A stretch of DNA of 64,000 nt from Thermodesulfobacteriota bacterium. Lineage in GTDB: Bacteria; Desulfobacterota_D; UBA1144; Nemesobacterales; Nemesobacteraceae. Both the position numbers and the translations under genes were made by a program. The notes beneath the pieces are model-generated. The model did not search any database, was not told the DNA's origin, and saw only the letters and a list, made by a program, of their open reading frames with translations. The first letter of the stretch is position 1. Every line of letters begins with the position of its first letter. The stretch lies in assembly GCA_965220925.1 (NCBI GenBank), contig OZ244851.1, positions 4,410 through 68,409 on the forward strand, given 5' to 3'. Positions 61,601-64,000 of the stretch are shown here, piece by piece.

Positions 61601-64000
61601 ACAAACTACGCGACCACTCAGGATGTAACTGTAACGCCAGTGGATGATAACGACGCGTTGGATGAGAGCGTAACGGTAAGCCTTGACGCAAGTGGAGGGG
61701 GGTATAACGACTCGGATGAGGATGTAGCTGTAACGGTAACGGATGACGAGGATACGACGTTAGAACTTACGGGAACTCCTGTAACGATAGTAGAAGGAGG
61801 AAACGCGGGAGCGTTCAGCGTGAGGTTAAGCGCTGAGCCAACGGCAACAGTAACTGTAACAGTAACAAGCGACGACACGGGAGCGGCGACGGTATCACCC
61901 GGAACATTAACGTTCACAACTACAAACTACGCGACCACTCAGGACGTAACGGTAACGCCAGTGGATGATAACGACGCGTTGGATGAGAATGTAACGGTAA
62001 GCCTGGACGCAAGTGGAGGGGGATATAACGACTCGGATGAGGATGTAGCTGTAACGGTAACGGATGATGAGGATACGACGTTAGAACTTACGGGAACTCC
62101 TGTAACGATAGTAGAAGGAGGAAACGCGGGAACGTTCAGTGTGAGTTTAAGCGCGGAGCCAACGGCAACAGTAACTGTAACAGTAACAAGCGACGACACT
62201 GGAGCGGCGACTGTCTCACCCGGGACATTAACGTTCACAACTACAAACTACGCGACCACTCAGGACGTAACTGTAACGCCAGTAGACGATAACGACGCGT
62301 TGGATGAGAATGTAACGGTAAGCCTTGACGCAAGTGGAGGCGGGTATAACGACTCGGATGAGGATGTAGCTGTAACGGTAACGGATGATGAGGATACGAC
62401 ATTATCGTTAAGTGGAACTCCGGTAACTGTCGTAGAGGGAGGAAACGCGGGAACGTTCAGCGTGAGGTTAAGCGCGGAGCCAACGGCAACGGTAACGGTA
62501 ACAGTAACAAGTGACGATACAGGAGCGGCGACGGTATCACCCGGGACATTGACGTTCACAACTACAAACTACGCGACGACGCAGGACGTAACTGTAACGC
62601 CGGTAGATGATAACGACGCGTTGGATGAGAATGTAACGGTAAGTCTAGACGCAAGTGGAGGAGGATATAACGACTCGGATGAGGATGTAGCTGTAACGGT
62701 AACGGATGATGAGGATACGACGTTAGAACTTGCGGGTACGCCTGTAAGCGTAACGGAGGGAGGAGCGGCCGGGACGTTCAGTGTGAAGTTAAGCGCGGAG
62801 CCAACGGCAACGGTAACTGTAACGGTAACAAGCGACGACACGGGAGCGGCGACGGTCTCACCCGGAACATTGACGTTCACAACTACAAACTACGCGACGA
62901 CGCAGGACGTAACGGTAACGCCGGTAGACGATAACGACGCGTTGGATGAGAATGTAACGGTAAGCCTTGACGCAAGTGGAGGCGGGTATAACGACTCGGA
63001 TGAGGATGTAGCTGTAACGGTAACGGATGATGAGGATACGACGTTAGAACTTACGGGAACGCCTGTAACGATAGTAGAAGGAGGAAACGCGGGAGCGTTC
63101 AGCGTGAGGTTAAGCGCTGAGCCGACGGCAACGGTAACGGTAACAGTAACAAGTGACGACACAGGGGCGGCGACGGTATCACCCGGGACATTAACGTTCA
63201 CAACTACAAACTACGCGACGACGCAGGACGTAACTGTAACGCCAGTGGATGATAACGACGCGTTGGATGAGAATGTAACGGTAAGCCTGGACGCAAGTGG
63301 AGGCGGATATAACGACTCGGATGAGGATGTAGCTGTAACGGTAACGGATGATGAGGATACGACGTTAGAACTTACGGGTACGCCTGTAAACATAACGGAG
63401 GGAGGAGCGGCCGGGACGTTCAGTGTGAGGTTAAGCGCGGAGCCAACGGCAACGGTAACGGTAACGGTAACAAGTGACGACACAGGGGCGGCGACGGTCT
63501 CACCCGGGACATTAACGTTCACAACTACAAACTACGCGACCACTCAGGACGTAACTGTAACGCCGGTAGATGATAACGACGCGTTGGATGAGAATGTAAC
63601 GGTAAGCCTGGACGCAAGTGGAGGGGGCTATAACGACTCGGATGAGGATGTAGCTGTAACGGTAACGGATGATGAGGATACGACGTTAGAACTTACGGGA
63701 ACTCCTGTAACGATAGTAGAAGGAGGAAACGCGGGAACGTTCAGTGTGAGTTTAAGCGCTGAGCCTACGGCAACAGTAACTGTAACAGTAACAAGCGACG
63801 ACACTGGAGCGGCGACTGTCTCACCCGGGACATTAACGTTCACAACTACAAACTACGCGACCACTCAGGACGTAACTGTAACGCCAGTAGACGATAACGA
63901 CGCGTTGGATGAGAATGTAACGGTAAGCCTTGACGCAAGTGGAGGCGGGTATAACGACTCGGATGAGGATGTAGCTGTAACGGTAACGGATGATGAGGAT
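49664..64000 (+). CDS. Giant secreted/surface repeat protein, 3'-truncated by the window: signal peptide, 2 fibronectin type III-like domains, then about 42 tandem 107-aa acidic Calx-beta-like domains (putative Ca2+-binding adhesin stalk)
   Basis: Hand translation of the plus-strand frame (codon positions with coordinate mod 3 = 2) is open from the TAG at 49643-49645 to the window end. Candidate starts are GTG 49664 or TTG 49679 after a GGAG RBS. The N-terminus is positively charged then hydrophobic (KIVSSIRRGFRCVVDSFVVFSLVAVFLLFLTSGAQYAKAQS). An FN3-like domain follows (LNWRNPNNPNITKYQVRHK...TTYAFQVRAVNGNG). From about 50515 comes the repeat: TLELTGTPVNITEGGAAGTFSVKLSAEPTATVTVTVTSDDTGAATVSPGTLTFTTTNYATTQDVTVTPVDDNDALDENVTVSLDASGGGYNDSDEDVAVTVTDDEDT. 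The ORF track does not list it because it has no in-window stop codon. Confidence 0.8.
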   Translation, partial: MGWSILLYSKIVSSIRRGFRCVVDSFVVFSLVAVFLLFLTSGAQYAKAQSVPAKPDHFTVGVSGLGFNGQAQLNWRNPNNPNITKYQVRHKAGTSFTSLDSWVDIPGSGASTRNHLITNLTFGTTYAFQVRAVNGNGNGAASDVLTAAPTPLPGPNAAGRFVHTPTNVVVGLPGFNKVSVSWDWDDPICSALSGEPYLYEVVYRKTTGGVAWDTNDRETDAGSYEIYSGATTLVFPLDGFFGEPVLDPGEYEISVNYAGGNPPCKSGPTVAAFGSWTSPVRVMVPELLKLTGTPVTLTEGGSAETFSVALSEEPTGNVTVTVTSNDTGAATVSPSSLTFTPTNYSTAQDVTVTPVDDNDALDESVSVSLNASGGGYDGAGKYVTVTVTDDEDTTLELTGTPVSVTEGGAAGTFSVKLSAEPTETVTVTVTSDDTGAATVSPDTLTFTTTDYATTQDVTVTPVDDNDALDESVTVSLDATGGGYDDSDEDVAVTVTDDEDTTLELTGTPVSLTEGGAAGTFSVKLSAEPTETVTVTVTSDDTGAATVSPGTLTFTVANYATTQDVTVTPVDDNDALDESVTVSLDATGGGYNDSDEDVAVTVTDDEDTTLELTGTPVNITEGGAAGTFSVKLSAEPTATVTVTVTSDDTGAATVSPGTLTFTVANYATTQDVTVTPVDDNDALDESVTVSLDASGGGYNDSDEDVAVTVTDDEDTTLTLSVATVSVTEGGAAGTFSVSLSAEPTATVTVTVTSDDTGAATVSPGTLTFTTTNYATTQDVTVTPVDDNDALDESVTVSLDASGGGYNDSDEDVAVTVTDDEDTTLELTGTPVNITEGGAAGTFSVKLSAEPTATVTVTVTSDDTGAATVSPGTLTFTTTNYATTQDVTVTPVDDNDALDENVTVSLDASGGGYNDSDEDVAVTVTDDEDTTLTLSVATVSVTEGGAAGTFSVKLSAEPTATVTVTVTSDDTGAATVSPGTLTFTTTNYATTQDVTVTPVDDNDALDESVTVSLDASGGGYNDSDEDVAVTVTDDEDTTLELAGTPVSVTEGGAAGTFSVKLSAEPTATVTVTVTSDDTGAATVSPGTLTFTTTNYATTQDVTVTPVDDNDALDENVTVSLDASGGGYNDSDEDVAVTVTDDEDTTLELTGTPVNITEGGAAGTFSVKLSAEPTATVTVTVTSDDTGAATVSPGTLTFTVANYATTQDVTVTPVDDNDALDENVTVSLDASGGGYNDSDEDIAVTVTDDEDTTLELAGTPVNITEGGAAGTFSVKLSAEPTATVTVTVTSDDTGAATVSPGTLTFTTTNYATTQDVTVTPVDDNDALDENVTVSLDASGGGYNDSDEDVAVTVTDDEDTTLTLSVATVSVTEGGAAGTFSVSLSAEPTATVTVTVTSDDTGAVTVSPGTLTFTTTNYATTQDVTVTPVDDNDALDENVTVSLDASGGGYNDSDEDVAVTVTDDEDTTLELTGTPVNITEGGAAGTFSVKLSAEPTATVTVTVTSDDTGAATVSPGTLTFTTTNYATTQDVTVTPVDDNDALDENVTVSLDASGGGYNDSDEDVAVTVTDDEDTTLTLSVATVSVTEGGAAGTFSVSLSAEPTATVTVTVTSDDTGAATVSPGTLTFTTTNYATTQDVTVTPVDDNDALDESVTVSLDASGGGYNDSDEDVAVTVTDDEDTTLELTGTPVNITEGGAAGTFSVKLSAEPTATVTVTVTSDDTGAATVSPGTLTFTTTNYATTQDVTVTPVDDNDALDENVTVSLDASGGGYNDSDEDVAVTVTDDEDTTLTLSVATVSVTEGGAAGTFSVSLSAEPTATVTVTVTSDDTGAATVSPGTLTFTTTNYATTQDVTVTPVDDNDALDESVTVSLDASGGGYNDSDEDVAVTVTDDEDTTLELTGTPVTIVEGGNAGAFSVRLSAEPTATVTVTVTSDDTGAATVSPGTLTFTTTNYATTQDVTVTPVDDNDALDENVTVSLDASGGGYNDSDEDVAVTVTDDEDTTLTLSVATVSVTEGGAAGTFSVSLSAEPTATVTVTVTSDDTGAATVSPGTLTFTTTNYATTQDVTVTPVDDNDALDENVTVSLDASGGGYNDSDEDVAVTVTDDEDTTLELTGTPVNITEGGAAGTFSVKLSAEPTATVTVTVTSDDTGAATVSPGTLTFTTTNYATTQDVTVTPVDDNDALDENVTVSLDASGGGYNDSDEDVAVTVTDDEDTTLELTGTPVTIVEGGNAGTFSVKLSAEPTATVTVTVTSDDTGAATVSPGTLTFTTTNYATTQDVTVTPVDDNDALDENVTVSLDASGGGYNDSDEDVAVTVTDDEDTTLTLSVATVSVTEGGAAGTFSVKLSAEPTATVTVTVTSDDTGAATVSPGTLTFTTTNYATTQDVTVTPVDDNDALDENVTVSLDASGGGYNDSDEDVAVTVTDDEDTTLTLSVATVSVTEGGAAGTFSVSLSAEPTATVTVTVTSDDTGAATVSPGTLTFTVANYATTQDVTVTPVDDNDALDENVTVSLDASGGGYNDSDEDVAVTVTDDEDTTLSLSGTPVTVVEGGNAGTFSVRLSAEPTATVTVTVTSDDTGAATVSPGTLTFTTTNYATTQDVTVTPVDDNDALDESVTVSLDASGGGYNDSDEDVSVTVTDDEDTTLELTGTPVNITEGGAAGTFSVKLSAEPTATVTVTVTSDDTGAATVSPGTLTFTTTNYATTQDVTVTPVDDNDALDESVTVSLDASGGGYNDSDEDVAVTVTDDEDTTLELTGTPVNITEGGAAGTFSVKLSAEPTATVTVTVTSDDTGAATVSPGTLTFTTTNYATTQDVTVTPVDDNDALDENVTVSLDASGGGYNDSDEDVAVTVTDDEDTTLELTGTPVNITEGGAAGTFSVKLSAEPTATVTVTVTSDDTGAATVSPGTLTFTTTNYATTQDVTVTPVDDNDALDESVTVSLDASGGGYNDSDEDVAVTVTDDEDTTLTLSVATVSVTEGGAAGTFSVSLSAEPTATVTVTVTSDDTGAVTVSPGTLTFTTTNYATTQDVTVTPVDDNDALDESVTVSLDASGGGYNDSDEDVAVTVTDDEDTTLELTGTPVNITEGGAAGTFSVKLSAEPTATVTVTVTSDDTGAATVSPGTLTFTTTNYATTQDVTVTPVDDNDALDENVTVSLDASGGGYNDSDEDVAVTVTDDEDTTLELTGTPVNITEGGAAGTFSVKLSAEPTATVTVTVTSDDTGAATVSPGTLTFTVANYATTQDVTVTPVDDNDALDENVTVSLDASGGGYNDSDEDVAVTVTDDEDTTLELTGTPVTIVEGGNAGAFSVRLSAEPTATVTVTVTSDDTGAATVSPGTLTFTTTNYATTQDVTVTPVDDNDALDENVTVSLDASGGGYNDSDEDVAVTVTDDEDTTLELTGTPVSVTEGGAAGTFSVRLSAEPTATVTVTVTSDDTGAATVSPGTLTFTTTNYATTQDVTVTPVDDNDALDENVTVSLDASGGGYNDSDEDVAVTVTDDEDTTLELTGTPVTIVEGGNAGTFSVSLSAEPTATVTVTVTSDDTGAATVSPGTLTFTTTNYATTQDVTVTPVDDNDALDENVTVSLDASGGGYNDSDEDVAVTVTDDEDTTLSLSGTPVTVVEGGNAGTFSVRLSAEPTATVTVTVTSDDTGAATVSPGTLTFTTTNYATTQDVTVTPVDDNDALDENVTVSLDASGGGYNDSDEDVAVTVTDDEDTTLTLSVATVSVTEGGAAGTFSVSLSAEPTATVTVTVTSDDTGAATVSPGTLTFTTTNYATTQDVTVTPVDDNDALDESVTVSLDASGGGYNDSDEDVAVTVTDDEDTTLELTGTPVNITEGGAAGTFSVSLSAEPTATVTVTVTSDDTGAATVSPGTLTFTTTNYATTQDVTVTPVDDNDALDENVTVSLDASGGGYNDSDEDVAVTVTDDEDTTLTLSVATVSVTEGGAAGTFSVSLSAEPTATVTVTVTSDDTGAATVSPGTLTFTTTNYATTQDVTVTPVDDNDALDESVTVSLDASGGGYNDSDEDVAVTVTDDEDTTLELTGTPVTIVEGGNAGAFSVRLSAEPTATVTVTVTSDDTGAATVSPGTLTFTTTNYATTQDVTVTPVDDNDALDENVTVSLDASGGGYNDSDEDVAVTVTDDEDTTLELTGTPVTIVEGGNAGTFSVSLSAEPTATVTVTVTSDDTGAATVSPGTLTFTTTNYATTQDVTVTPVDDNDALDENVTVSLDASGGGYNDSDEDVAVTVTDDEDTTLSLSGTPVTVVEGGNAGTFSVRLSAEPTATVTVTVTSDDTGAATVSPGTLTFTTTNYATTQDVTVTPVDDNDALDENVTVSLDASGGGYNDSDEDVAVTVTDDEDTTLELAGTPVSVTEGGAAGTFSVKLSAEPTATVTVTVTSDDTGAATVSPGTLTFTTTNYATTQDVTVTPVDDNDALDENVTVSLDASGGGYNDSDEDVAVTVTDDEDTTLELTGTPVTIVEGGNAGAFSVRLSAEPTATVTVTVTSDDTGAATVSPGTLTFTTTNYATTQDVTVTPVDDNDALDENVTVSLDASGGGYNDSDEDVAVTVTDDEDTTLELTGTPVNITEGGAAGTFSVRLSAEPTATVTVTVTSDDTGAATVSPGTLTFTTTNYATTQDVTVTPVDDNDALDENVTVSLDASGGGYNDSDEDVAVTVTDDEDTTLELTGTPVTIVEGGNAGTFSVSLSAEPTATVTVTVTSDDTGAATVSPGTLTFTTTNYATTQDVTVTPVDDNDALDENVTVSLDASGGGYNDSDEDVAVTVTDDED
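50515..64000 (+). repeat. Tandem array of about 42 near-identical 321-bp coding repeats (first unit 328 bp, then 41 units in exact 321-bp register), continuing beyond the window end
   Basis: Minus-strand artefact ORFs all begin MNVNVPG, and their start coordinates fall every 321 bp exactly (51003, 51324, ... 63843). Direct reading shows units differing only at a few cassette positions. Confidence 0.95.

Noticed and set aside
50431-63843. About 42 minus-strand ORFs of 71-103 aa, all beginning MNVNVPGDTVAAPVSSLVTVTVTV..., listed in the six-frame track
   Set aside because: They are the reverse complement of the plus-strand repeat codons (GTTACn periodicity gives Val/Thr/Ser-rich frames on both strands) and are interrupted every 321 bp. 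The plus strand provides one continuous frame with domain-like sequence, a signal peptide, promoter and RBS, so the minus-strand set is treated as an artefact.
50515-64000. Possible CRISPR array or mobile-element repeats
   Set aside because: The period is 321 bp with no spacer/repeat alternation of CRISPR dimensions, and it is a multiple of three. The units are coding and in-frame, which fits an intragenic tandem domain array rather than a CRISPR array or IS copies.

Overview
This 64 kb window looks like a bacterial chromosomal segment. Start-codon choice is mixed, with many GTG/TTG starts. Most of it is core housekeeping and carries an intact tmRNA; the one previously undescribed system candidate is a giant near-identical-repeat surface-protein gene at the 3' end.

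The housekeeping genes are:
- ubiE-metF
- alr, dtd
- smpB followed by an intact tmRNA
- rdgB, pyrG
- an RNB-domain ribonuclease
- ptsP (GAF-EI)
- gltA, rarA, gloA, uvrB
- the conserved rimP-nusA-infB-DUF503-rbfA-nrnA-truB-rpsO-pnp-miaA ribosome/RNA-maturation block
- a bifunctional otsAB

Two things stand out.
- A split System I cytochrome c maturation locus. ccmABCDEF lies at 23.8-28.4 kb, followed by a membrane protein and a cytochrome-c fusion gene. ccmHG lies apart at 46.3-47.3 kb on the opposite strand. Its CcmE carries the variant CxxxY heme-binding motif instead of HxxxY.
- A giant plus-strand ORF. It starts near 49,664 behind a near-consensus promoter and runs off the window end, so at least 4,779 codons are visible. 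It has a signal peptide and two fibronectin-III-like domains. These are followed by about 42 tandem, near-identical copies of a 321-bp (107-aa) acidic Calx-beta-like module. The exact 321-bp register holds for 41 units (50,843-64,000) with no indels. A handful of sequence cassettes are shuffled among the units.

The dozens of 71-103-aa minus-strand 'MNVNVPG' ORFs in the provided track are mirror-strand artefacts of this repeat array. I found no CRISPR array, rRNA or obvious mobile element in the window.
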